In this document: in pieces, positions 11,438-23,669 of the stretch
How positions within the stretch are numbered: the stretch's first letter is position 1
Layout: every line of letters begins with the position of its first letter
NCBI GenBank assembly: GCA_977016875.1
Contig: CDRNST010000088.1
Span: 2,604,001-2,668,000 of the forward strand
Direction: 5' to 3'
DNA length: 64,000 bases
Source: Pavona decussata
Lineage: Eukaryota
The notes under the pieces: generated by a model
What the model was told of the DNA's origin: nothing
Databases searched by the model: none
What the model saw: only the letters and a program-made list of their open reading frames with translations
Program-made: the position numbers and the translations under genes

Positions 11438-13010
11438 TTATTCATCACCTTTCGAGGGCTCCACCTGGAGTCCCTTGGCTACAAGGGTCTCCCTGCTTCC
11501 TTTTGGGAGTAAATTCATGGTTCTGGAGGGCACGTTAATGGTGTTGAATGCAAACTTTTGGTCATATTCTTTCAAGCGATTGGTCAGGTAATGTAGGTAT
11601 ACATTTCCTGTATACTTCACTATTTTTTCTGACTTATCGGTTCTTTCACGAACCCCTACACTCTTAATCATCACTTTATCTGAAGTGTTAAATGCTACCC
11701 TGCACTGCTCAAACCTCGTAACTGATTTAGGACAGAGCTTGGTGTCATCTTTGTGTACAAGATCGTACTGTTTGCCAGACATTCTGTCCGGGTTCAGGAT
11801 ATCCCCTTCAGTCGATAAGCAACTGGGCTGGTTCACCTGTGAAAGAGAGGAGGAAATTTACAACAAAAAGATTCCTGAAATAATCCACAGAGATGCATGA
11901 TTGCCCTTGCTTGTAGAGTAAAGGCAGGTCAGCTCATAAACTTCACCTTCAGGAACGTAACATTGCGTGTACATTTTGGCTTCCTTAACTTTCACATACC
12001 ACGCACCATTTTCGTTCTTATGGGCAGTAGTGGAACCCGATACATTGTACGTAACACTGCTTTGCATTACCCTAGGAAATGTAGGCACCGTTTTAGTCAA
12101 CTGCTGCAGAGGAGATAGGGATTTCTCGCATATTTAGTGTAAAGATCTTATTCTCTCGTATTGCGAAGGGCTTGTGCTTAAGTTGCAACTCTTCTGGGTT
12201 TTGCAAGAGGATGTTGAGGATTGTCAGGTGACCAGCATCGTCTTTACCAGATGAGACAAGCTTCCCTTTTTTTCTGAAGTAAAAGAAAGAAATTGTCGTG
12301 TCAATGTCTTAAATATATTGTAGATTATAACATAATGATGTTTGAAACAAATACAATTTTAAATAGTGTTTCTTCAATTACTTTTTTTGTAATTGCTGAG
12401 ACTCTCGGGCGCTCACTGTTTAATTTTCAGTGTCAATAGGAGGACAGACACAAGGCGGCGGATGGCTTAATTCAGTTTGGGTTCAACCTGTGAAGGGATG
12501 AACGTCAAAGTTTGATATGAACTTAAGGAATGAAATCATTTTATTTTGCCGTGTTAAAAGTACTACGAGCTTACTCAAATCGTGCGTACGTGACAGCTTG
12601 GAAGATCAATTTTGCCTGTTCTAGTTGTAGCCGAGGTGTTCTTCTCAAATGTCTCCCAAGAAGTCTCAAGTGACATTTCAGAGCTGGACTGTTTTGATGT
12701 ATTGAAAGTTCACGACAATTTCTCAAGTTCTTTTAAAGTTGCCTTGCGGCCAGAACAGGTTGCGTTGATTTTATCAGCAAGGCTCTCATGGAACATTGCT
12801 CTTGACCAACAAGCACGCGAGAATCCTTTCAGTTATATGAACATTTACAATTGTCAGAGTTTAAATACTCTGTGACATCTCGTCTTATAATAATATTTTA
12901 AGGCTCATTACCTGACTTCAGCAGTTGACGATAAGTTGCTTACTCCATCAGGACATAAATTCTCATCATTCTCATCATCAATCTTCACCTGTAGTTTTAA
13001 TGGTAACATG
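11438..13010 (-). pseudogene. Spliced gene of unknown function with stops and frameshifts
   Basis: Exon-like blocks at about 12912-13008, 11900-12274 and 11438-11836 with GT/AG signals. The middle block has in-frame stops (AAVD*NGAYIS*GN). Confidence 0.45.
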
Positions 13011-13884
13011 GCCGCTTTTAATACAAATATTTTTTGGCATCTAATCCATGTTAGGCCACCAGACAGTTATTTACTAGAGTTTCCTTGCGGTTAACAGTTA
13101 TTTACTGCAGTTTGCTTCCCACTAGCATTTATATTAAAGGTGGGGGGACTTATAGAATATTTTGCCGGTTTTACTTGCAATGTAAAAAGAATTCAAAAGG
13201 CTCTTATCAAAGAACAACATTTTAATAACAGCATTTTGCATAGTGTGCGCTAATGAAAAATTAACTGATACATTACGCTCTATGCATGACAGTAGTGTCA
13301 CGCTTTCCATAACATGGACTATATGTTGGCATACCATGAAGCATTTGGTATTTTTTTAACAGTGGGACCCCAATATAACAATATGCCAAGGGAGCACTGA
13401 AATTATATTGTTATATCGAGACTCCCGTCATGACAATGTTGCCATAAAATAACCCAAAATATCGTTATATTGAGGTAAATTAACATGTACCTTTTTTTAC
13501 CACATATTGTTAAATTAAACATGTAATGAGTAAACATTTGAAATTGCGACTGTAATCCTATTTACTTTTTGCTAGTTGCGCGTTCATTGTTTTTCTTTTT
13601 TTAACAGACCCTTGTTCATTATTAAAGTGCTCTTCAAGTTTGGTTTGCCTCGTTTGTTTCATTTGCAATCTTGAAAACGCATCCTCCATTGCTGAAAGAG
13701 AGGAAAGGAATTCTCTCTCCCATTTGCCCAAATCGTTCAACGTAATAAGAAATTCTCTTATTCTTGGCTTGCATGTGACGTATCTGTATTTTCCATATTT
13801 GGGTATCCGCCATGTTGGGGTTCCACCAGGGGTAAAATTTACATGTGTTTATTATGCATATATGCCATCGCTGTGTACTATACG

Positions 13885-16614
13885 ATGAAAATGGAAAATG
13901 AACGCATCCCCTCGCTTGATGAGCTTTGTAGTAAGAAATTGTCGAAGTATTGTGCTAAACTTAACAACAGCGTAAAATGAAGATACGTGGAAAAAATCGC
14001 TGAAATTGGAGTCGATCCGGTCACCATTCCGGATGAACAGTTTGACACGGAGTGCCTTCCACCTGTCGAAGCTATGGATTTGCTTAGCTACTTAGTGTTG
14101 GAAACAAGTTTCTACACGAAAGAGCAGTTCAAACCATACAAGACTTTGGAAGCCTACAACTTTGTGGTTTCAGGATTTTTATCAGGCATTCAAGGCTGTG
14201 TTGTCGCTGGAAAGCACATTGTTGTAGGAAAAGTGAGACATTCACAAAGAATGAATGACCCTTTGATCTCTGTGTGGGTTGTTGCCGAAAAAGGCGGAAC
14301 AGTCAAATCAGCCCACTGTTTAGGGTGCAAAGCAGGGCTCTCGGAAACGTGCTCGCATGTTGCAAGTGCGTTGTTTTATATTGAGGCATGGACGAGGATT
14401 CGTGGTAAGTTGGCCTGTAACCAAGTTAAATGTACGTGGTTGTAGCCATTATTTGTAAGAGATGTCCCATATGCAAAAATGCGCGACATAAATTTGACCT
14501 CTGCCAGAAAACTTAAAGTGGATTTGGATGAAAAAATCGATAGCTTAGGAGAGGCTCAGGCAACATCCTTCACCGGCAGCAGAAGAGAATTAACAGTGCA
14601 AGTTCTGACGGAGACTGAAATGAACATCCTTTATGAAAGTCTAGACAAATCAAAAATTAAACCAGTGGCTTTGAGTCTTATCAAGCCCTACTCTGACCAG
14701 TTTGTGTCAGAAAGCAGCAGTATCCAAACAATCCCAGACCTTTGACAATGACAATTTAAACCTCACATACCCTGATTTACTAAAGAAATGCTTTAATGTA
14801 GAAATTTGCTTGTCAAGTAAAGACATTCCACAAATTGAGAGAGATACACAGAGCCAGGCAAATGGGAGTGCATTTTTTTTTTTACATAAAGCGGGTCGTA
14901 TTGGTGCGTCAATGAGAGGAGCAGTCTGCCGGACAAACCCAGCACAGCCATGACAATCACTGATCAAGACAATCTGCTATCCAAATTTATTTAAAGTAAA
15001 CACAAAAGCAGTGATTCATGGGTGCAAACAAAAGCTGATGCCATTAAAGCCTATGAAGAAGAAGTGAAAAACAGTCATGATGACTTTAAACTCTCGCAGT
15101 GTGGCTTAGTTATCAACCAAGAGTACCCTTGGATTCATGCCACTCCAGACTTCTTAGTATCTTGCTTCTGCTGTGGACTGGGGTGTGGAGAGGTCAAATG
15201 TCCTATTTGTATTGACCGATGTGGCTTAGACAGTTATGTTTTGAGGAAGAATGCTTGCCTGGAAAAGGCGGCCGGTAATTTCTAGCTGAAACGAAACCAC
15301 ACCTACTTTTTTCAAGGTCAACAACACCTTTTGACATTACCTGAACGGAAGTACAATGATTTTGTTGTTTATGCTTTTGACAGTTCTCACCGTGCAACAA
15401 TTATCAAAGAGAGATTTTACCCTGGCCATGGTCACTGGAAGGAGGTTTTGCCAAAACTTACCACTTTCTGGAGAACATGTATTTTGCCTGAAATTTTAGG
15501 CAGAGGGTACACGAGAAAGTGTGACATTTCTGATGAGATACCAAAAGCAGGTGTTGGAGTTTGTTTCTGCAGAATGCCATCATGTGGAAACCCCCACTGC
15601 CCATTTGTTGAATTTCATCCCTCGTGTTTAGCAATCTCAACCCTGCTACCAAGGGTGTGGTACTTCCCACACTGCTGCAGGCTATCACAGTTTAAGCGGT
15701 CGAAAAAAGGAAAAGAGAAATCTCCAGAAATAATGGCTAAGGCTTTATCTCTCAACAGTATTTGTATTTGCCAAGCAGTGCCACAGCAATCTGACAAATT
15801 ACTTGAGTGCCACAGCGATGATTGCCAGAGTGGAAAATTTTTTCACTTGACCTGCCTTGGTTAAAAGAAATTGCCCAACAACAGCAAGACAACTGGAAAT
15901 GCTCCCATTGCAAAACAAAACATGCAAAGCCATTTCATACCAGCATCACAGTTCCAGGGACATCTCAGGAAACCCCAGTTGCACCTGCCACTTGTTCTTC
16001 TCAATCTCATGATGATAAACCTGCGTCCTATGAACTTGACAATGCACAAAAATCTAATGACAGTGAAGAGGAAAGTGCTGATGACATCGAGGTTACTATG
16101 GTTACAACTAGTGAATCTGAACGATATCGTCCACTATGGGTGGTTTGATGGTGCAATTATCCGCAGTACACAGGTACTTTTGCAGAAAATTAACCCTTTC
16201 ATTGAAGGTTTTCAGCGTCCTACATTAGGTCCAGTGCGAAATTTTAATGTAGTTTCTGGTGAATTTGTGCAGTTATTGCATACAGGACACAATCACTGGG
16301 TTTGCGTCAGCTCAATAGGATGCCTTCCTGGAACTGTCAGACTTTTTGACAGTCTTTATCATGACATCATCTCACAAGAACTTGAAGATCAGGTCAAAGA
16401 CTTAGTATTAGCAGAGAGCTTCCAGAAACTCGAGTTTGCACCCTGCCAAGAGCAAAGAAATGGAAGTGACTGTGGGTTTTTTGCTATTGCTTTTGCGACA
16501 AGTCTTGTATTTGGATCCAATCCACAAAACCTGAATTTTGACATTACAAAAATTCGCCCACATTAAGTGGCCTGTCTTCAAGCTGGTCTGATGTCTCAGT
16601 TTCCATCGTCTTAA
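13885..16614 (+). pseudogene. SWIM - YqaJ (lambda-exonuclease-like) - PHD-like fingers - Ulp1/C48-type cysteine protease ORF of ISL2EU
   Basis: SAHCLGCKAGLSETCSHVA (SWIM). GRIGAS, PWIHATPD, GEVKCP and YFFQ (YqaJ PD-(D/E)xK). CFCR...FHPSC and CICQ...FFHLTC (PHD-like). HNHWVCV...FDSL...QEQRNGSDCGFFAIAFA (Ulp1 H-D-C triad). Multiple stops and frameshifts. Confidence 0.88.
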
Positions 16615-16846
16615 ATTTTAGTGCCTTACAAGAACCCTTGCAATAATTGCAGCATTAAATTTTTTTTAGCTACCTGGACAGCTATCTCACATTGTAAACT
16701 AAATAATTTTTGAGACACACCAAAAACCGTCAGGTGTAATTGATATTTATTTACAAAATAAACTGTTTCAACCAATTGGCCACCAGTTAGGTTTGACAAA
16801 TTAAAATACTTCCCTTTCATTGCTTTACAAATCGTAATCCCCTTAA

Positions 16847-17048
16847 CCCTTCACTTCCAATATCTGAAATTCAATTCTCCTTACTGATGACCATACAAAT
16901 CTTTGTTCTCTGTTCCTGGGAATTTGGTGTAACATAAAGACACTTCCTCATAGTTAATAATTTTCCAAATTCTCATAACCTGTCTCCTTGACAGAGTAGT
17001 AAAATCGTTAGCAGAATTTATTTGCTAGTCATTCCTGGGAGTGAAAGG
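16847..17048. mobile_element. Small TTAA-associated MITE (piggyBac-like ends), degenerate
   Basis: ttaa-cccttcacttcc ... gggagtgaaaggtt. Confidence 0.5.
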
Positions 17049-17477
17049 TTTGTTATAAGTAATAATTTTTCTAATGTAGGCATACGATAAAGAACTTCAA
17101 CCTAATGGCTTAAAAGATTGCTTATATTTTTTCCGGCCTTAGCAGTATAGGCAAAAGTTGCGAAGGTACCAAATAAATCATTTTGGATGATCGCATTTCT
17201 ATCTCATGACCTTGTTTTTTAAATAAGAAAATAATTATAATTTATTGCAACGAGAAAATTGACACTGATCGCTAATGGACCTTAGCAGCCATTAAGGGAT
17301 ATAAATCTAGTGGTAAACATTTAACTACCTTAATTCTTTTTTGTACAGTTATTAATGATCAATGATGTGGATATCTTTACAAATAAACAAACTGTTTAAC
17401 GGGTCATCTCTCATTTGTCTTTTTTTTCCCTTTTCGAAATATAATTAATTAAAACTGGCTTTTTTGGTTTTACAAGT

Positions 17478-17718
17478 TGTATTTTCAAATAAATGAATGA
17501 ACTGGGAATTACATGACAGGATGAACTTCTTATTGTTATAATGAATAAATTTCAACTTCTGGGGTTTAACATATAAAATAGCTTTACAACGACTCCTGGT
17601 CAATTTGTATTTTCAAATAAATCAACTGGGAATTACACGACAGGAGAAACCTCTCATTGTTATAATGAATAAATTTCTTTCAATTTCTTGGGTTTAACAA
17701 ATAAAATAGCTTTACAAA
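17478..17718. repeat. Local tandem duplication of about 125 bp
   Basis: tgtattttcaaataaat...actgggaattaca...aatagctttacaa occurs twice. Confidence 0.8.
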
Positions 17719-18326
17719 AGCACATTGTTACCTTTGGGAGGGGGGGGAGGGCACTCAATATATCTTTAGCTGGGGAGGTACGGCTCAGTCACTCATCTCC
17801 CAATTTTTCATAACCAGCTTTAGTCATTATACCCTGTCTCAGACAAGAATGAAACTATTCATAAAATCTGTTTACAGCAAAGAATATGGACATCCAATCT
17901 GTCCTCTGCAAGTCGGAGTTGCTTGTGGGTCAAATGTCTGGTGGTGTTTCAAAACTAATTTTCATTCTTTAATCTCCTCATTGAACCTCTTAGAATCCCA
18001 TCTAATTTCAGGCGAAAAAAAAAAACATATTCAAATTGGCCACACAACCCCATAAGGGACTTCCCCCAGGTGGTGGTACACACATTTACAACATTTTAAA
18101 ATTAAACCAAAAAATTTCGAAACAGCATGGTTTACATAAGTACCATGGAGTCCCAGTTTTGTAAATCCTCTATTTTTTAAAGCTTCTGATAACTTGGACC
18201 CGGAGTCATTTCCTCTCTTAAACTATTTTTAACCATTGATTTGAACTCTCTGATTTCTCAAACCAATTTACACCAGCCTTGGAGGTTAAAAAAATTGGGA
18301 TTCCATTGTATTTTGCACAGATTAAT

Positions 18327-19943
18327 CTAATCAAATGGGACAATAGGGCCGCATAGATTGACAAGTCCAGAGCAAACTCTGAGTATGCGGTCGATCATAG
18401 GTACCTGGATCTCAGGATTTCCAGTTAAATTACAGGTTAAAAAATCTACTGACAAGGTATTCTCAAGAATGGTGTATTTCCTGCGTAAAAGTCCTATAAC
18501 TCGTTCAACGTGGATCCTAACATGTGCGATCCCCCTTGTTCTTTCAACGTCAACAGGGTCCAGTTGTTCTTTTCCTTTAGTGAATGCTGGAATTACGAGT
18601 TTTGCTTGTTTAAGGGCAACACCATCGTGAGCAGTGAATCCCCTGTCTGCCATAACTAGATCCATAGGAAGCAAGTTGTTGAGCAGCCCACAATTTTCCG
18701 TGAGATACTTGTCTGAGGTGCGTCCCTCCCAGGCTTCTGAGACAAAGGAGATGCATCCTTGAGGGGTTATGCCGATGAAGACCTTGACTGTGTTGTGGTG
18801 TTTGTATGAGCTGAATGTTTGTGCTCTAGCCAGAAGGTTGGTCAGTTTTACACAAAAAACTTCAAAACAGTCAATAATGACGGTTGTCTTATTTCCAAAC
18901 GAAAACTTAAAACACTGGGGCATGGTCCTCCAAAGTTCCTCCCTCTCTGGCTACCTGATCAGTGGGGACAACCGCACATCCATGATGACCAGCCAGTGTG
19001 CAAATGTCCTTGATACTGTGGACATAGAGACACCAAATCGGTAGGCCAAGTCTTGGTGTGGAACATTGAGTCTCAATTTCGTCAGTACCATAACCATCTC
19101 TTGAAATAAAGAGAGGGATTGTGTTCTTCGTTTGACATGGGGTGCAACATGATTAAAACTGGCTTCCAGTACTTCATATGTTGGCAAACCAGTGTAGAAA
19201 GACACTTTCCAGTTATCCTCTTTGAAATAATTTTTGTCAAAAGGCTTGCTAGTCACTGACTCAGCAAACAAGTAATCAAACTTTTCTGTTTGAGTTAAGG
19301 CATCACTTCGTGGACAGTCCTTGATGGAAAGAGATTCCACGGAGCGATATAAATAATCGAAAGCTTCTGTTTGAGTAGAGCATGTGCTGTGTGTTACTAG
19401 CTCATTGGGATCTGATTCTTGCTGGCCTGTAGGTTGCAAGTCTAAGTTCTCCACTTGGACTTGTTCTGAACTGGTACTTGCACTTTCAATCTCAGCAGCA
19501 AAATCAGCAAGGGGAACTCCAGGCTCATTTAATTTCTGCTGCTTCATTTAACGTTCTTGTTCCTGTTGTTCCGCTTGACGTTTTCACCTTTCCTTTGACC
19601 TTTCCGCTCGAGTCTCTCGTGATTGGGCTTGATGTTGTTCACTTTGCGTCACCGTTTTGTCATGGCCTAAATTGAGAGTCGGAACCCAGTCAACATTGTA
19701 ACGATCCCACAAAGGAGCTGCAGTTCCAGAATGGAAATGTTGGTCGTAAACTTTATTGCTGTTCAAGATTTTATCCGCAAGATCAGCACGGCTTATTGCA
19801 GAGATCCACAATCGCCGTTGCTCGATACTCAATTCTTCAACTTCTGGGCCTTGATTTGTAATAATAGCAGGAACTCGATACCATCGGACTCCCTTACCTC
19901 GACCAGTCTTTTTAGAACAGCCAACCATCAGGCACATAGGCAT
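18327..19943 (-). pseudogene. THAP - HTH - DDE_Tnp_4 transposase of ISL2EU
   Basis: MPMCLMVGC...W...HF...WVPT (THAP), FYTGLP...LRLN...DLAYRFGVS (HTH), VIIDCFE, MADRGF and RIHVERVIG (DDE). Broken near 19584 and 18951. Confidence 0.92.
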
Positions 19944-21591
19944 TTTGAGGCAGCAGAATTAGAGAAAATCGCGTTTAGGTTCATGAGTTGGTGACTACGT
20001 GGTCAACACACTGGCCGCCATATTGGTTTTGGAACCCCAACATGGCGGATGAAAATGGCAAGTTGTACCGGAAGTCATGTGAGTGCAACCCAAGAATTGC
20101 TTTGACGGCTTCAGTAGCTTGCACAGGAGTCTAGGGGCGTAGGTTAAATCACTGATATATCATGAACAGAAATCCTGGCGATGTATACATTTTGTCACAC
20201 CAAGGAGTCCAAAATACTAAAACTGAAAGAACTATTAAATGACAAGGAAGATAAAGAGGCATCGCAAACTAAAAGCTGTTGACAGAAACGTTACAGATTA
20301 CTGTGCTCAATTACTGTAATGCTATTGTATTAAATTCAATGTTTTTGTTTTAATTGTAACTGTGTACTGATACTGTAATATCATTATATTGGGGACGATT
20401 TTATGCTCGGTGCACAAAAACTCATCATTATATCAGGAATATTGTTTTATCAAAGATCGTTATATTGGGGTTCTGTCCCATACATTTTACTGTAACTTTT
20501 GCCAGGATATAGCATATCAATCGTCATGTCAGGGATATCATTATGTTGAGGAACGTTATATCAGGGTTCCACTGCATATAAATAGAACAGCGAGGTTGGT
20601 AAGATCCCAGCCCCAAGGTAAGCATTACCAGTCCTCCTCTTATACTTGTGCTTTCGAATTACCTTAGATGAAGTCAGGAATTTCATTTTAGGAAGCTCTG
20701 TGTCGCTTGACTCACTTCCGTCTAAAAGTATGCTAATGACTTCTAAACATACAGCAAAGGAGAAAGGAAAGTCAAATTTGAGAAAACTCGATCTACCGGT
20801 TTAGTACAAATCAACAACATCGATAACTTTTGGAAAACAGTCAGAAGACTGGCAACATTTTCAACAAGTTTAGGAACTGTCAAAATCTCCTTTCAAAATA
20901 CTGAATACTTCAGTAGAAGCAATTACAAGCACTGAAGCAGGCAAATTAGGCTACTTATGCTAAAATGAGATCTGTTCATATCTGAAGTAAGTTTGAAGTA
21001 TATTTAAGGTCTACTCAGAACGCTAACTGGCCTGCATGCCTCTTTTTTTCCCTCAGGCACTCTTCCATACAGGCAAACCTTTGAGCTTGTAGCAATACAT
21101 GGAGTTTTCATGTATGTGTCGCAGGCATTTGTGTGTTATCACTATTATCATGCTGATAATTTCATATATGCGTGCCGGTGTTTTCGTTAATTGTGAGCGT
21201 GTGAAAAGAGAAATTTTTGGAAACAGGTATTAGCGCATGGAAACTGAGTCAGAACATCACAGGCAACGCTACGTTGTCTCTACGTTACCAGATCAAACCG
21301 CCATGAATATAAATTTCTACTTTTTCTTCTCATTTACATTGGAATAACTGTTAAGTTGTAACATAGGGACTGATACTACTTGGTAACTAAATGTAGTAAC
21401 ATACCTTTTGGATCTTGGCATTGGCGTAACATGTTGTTTTGATATAAATTTAACACAACACTGAAAACACCTGTAAAACAATGAAAAAGAAATGTAGCAC
21501 TCTAGACAGTTATTTCTTTACCAGTGTAAAGCATAGATCAACTTGCTTTATTTTTTCAAAAGAGGGCACACTAACTAATGTTGCAACCTAA

Positions 21592-21777
21592 GGGCCTGTT
21601 TACAAGGAGAGAGGGTTACCCTAGCAAGCAGGTTACCCTAGCACTAACACATTTCCTCTTTTTTTTTTTTTTCAGGGTTACCTGTGAAATTTTGCTTGTA
21701 AACCCGGGCTATCTTTTACCCTCCTGCTACAGTTAACCTGCTTGCGAGGGTAACCCTCCCTCCTTGTAAACAGGCCC
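21592..21777. mobile_element. PIF/Harbinger (Tourist-like) MITE
   Basis: About 43-bp TIRs gggcctgtttacaaggagagagggttaccct.gcaagcaggtt, flanked by TAA and TTA. Confidence 0.85.
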
Positions 21778-23669
21778 TTATTGGTTCTAAGTGGGGTCCG
21801 TTTTTTTCCTATCTCTGACCATGGTCACAGTAACGGGGGGAAACAGCGCAGGTGTAATTGTCATGTTCCTCAATTTTTGTGAGTGAACTAGCGGTAATGG
21901 TCAACCTTCGCCCTTTTTTCACTTCCATGGAGGATTAATCAACGCAAATTTGTCTCTATCACTTTTAAATGGCAAGAAAAGTAACTGTACGTCAATTCAG
22001 TTCAGTAATTTGAAGTTGTAAGAGTCTGTTTGGTTGTTTGTAGCTCGGCGCTGTAATGGCGCGTAATCATGTGTTTTTCTCACCGCACAATTTTTAGCGA
22101 AAAAAAAGTCAATTGCAGTCAAGTTTACTTTTCTGATCATTGCTGTATTTAAGAGAATTACTGCGGAATACACGTCACAGATTTCCTCGCTTACTGCTAC
22201 TCAAAAAATGGTGGAAAAGTATAATTTTGAGTGATTTGCAACAACTGACATAAATTGTTTTTGTAGGGAAATTTTGCACCGGAAAAACAATTTTGGAGAA
22301 CTTAACTGGTGAACTAGATGCAACTAACATAAAGTAATTCGAAAAAAATCTGTTCTTTTTATCTTCTATGTGTGTCTTTGTCTAGTATCTGAGTCACTCC
22401 CTCGCTCACTCGTTAGATTTTTTATGAAGGTTTGTAGACGGCACGTAAGCCCATGCGATAACAGAGTTGCGTAAACAAACCACACTAAAGCGAATTTTTT
22501 TTTGGTCGGTCCAAAAGACCCCAAAATATTGGCACTGACCAATTTTTTTTCGGGTTCGTTTTCCCGTTAAGCCATACGACAAGGCTAAATTCTTGTGTAA
22601 ACACCAATAAAACGCTTTTGTAAACAATGTAAAGGCATATTTGTGCATCAATTTCCTTAAATAAACACGCAGTCAACAAGTTAAATAAATTTTTGAATGG
22701 TACGAAGGCCGAGAAGGGACTTCGGACTTCAGACTTCAGAGTTCAGACTTAAGACTGGTGCCTAGGTTTTAGTGGTAGTCAGGTTAGGCACCAGACTCCT
22801 GAATTTCCGCTTCAATACTCAGTGATAGACTCAAAAGTATTAGACATGGATGAGGAGGTAGGAAATTAAAATGCTATTTTTATTTGCATACAGTGCTAGG
22901 AAGGAGTGTACACTTGCATTGGTGGACTTTTATGAATTCAACAAAGCGTTGAGGAGAGGTGTTGTGTTTCGTTAACACTCCATACTGCCTTTTTGAATTG
23001 ACTTAATTGTCTTATCGATCTTAGATTGTGTTTCGGAGAATTCCATGCCTTAGCAGATACATAAGCAGTAGATCTGAAACTAATTGACGCCTTTAACCAG
23101 TCTGATGTGTACTGTAGACGTTCGCCTTTGCGCAATGTGTATTGTAGATGAATGGCAGTAGGCAGTTATTCGGTTAGATTTGGTCTATAACTTTTGTGTG
23201 ACTGATTTAGACTGAATGAAGACTTGCATGACAGCAAATTTGTATAAACCGTTCTCTTACAGCTGGCTACCTTTCTTAAAGAAAACAGCTTAGCCAAGTT
23301 AAAGCCCATTTTTGAACAACACAAGGTGGGTACAATGAAACTGTGCAGCATCCCATTATTTTGCCACCTACCATTATTTAAGTTAAACATCAAACTGACA
23401 CCAAAAACAACTCGTTTTAATACTAGAGAATACTGGACGTTTTCCAGAACGAGATTTAAATGAGGGCCCCCTATACTTTTTCCGTGACGTGTGAATGGCC
23501 ATTTTTGCTTTGAGTGAAGCGTGAATGAAAATTTATTTTTTCTGTGATTCGTGAATCTATATTTTTCAATCCTCGGGAAACTGGTTTTCCATTTTTTTGT
23601 GATCCGTGAAGTATGCGTTAACTTACGCCTGATTTGTGAACCACCAGTTTTTGCGGGAATAAATTTTCC

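Larger units (their letters stand above)
13762..20095. mobile_element. ISL2EU (PIF/Harbinger-related) DNA transposon
   Basis: TIRs tcttggcttgca / tgcaacccaaga, subterminal inverted atccgccatgttggggttcca, 2-bp AT TSD (13760-61, 20096-97), and convergent YqaJ-exonuclease and THAP-DDE transposase ORFs. Confidence 0.9.
13360..20574 (-). mobile_element. pogo/Tigger-like Tc1-mariner element (deleted), host of the ISL2EU insertion
   Basis: Imperfect TIRs cagtgggaccccaatataac and gttatatcagggttccactg. The transposase C-terminus TPVQATEAVKA|IREFLITLNDLGK...KQTRQTKLEEHF is restored in frame when 13762-20095 and one AT are removed. Confidence 0.75.
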
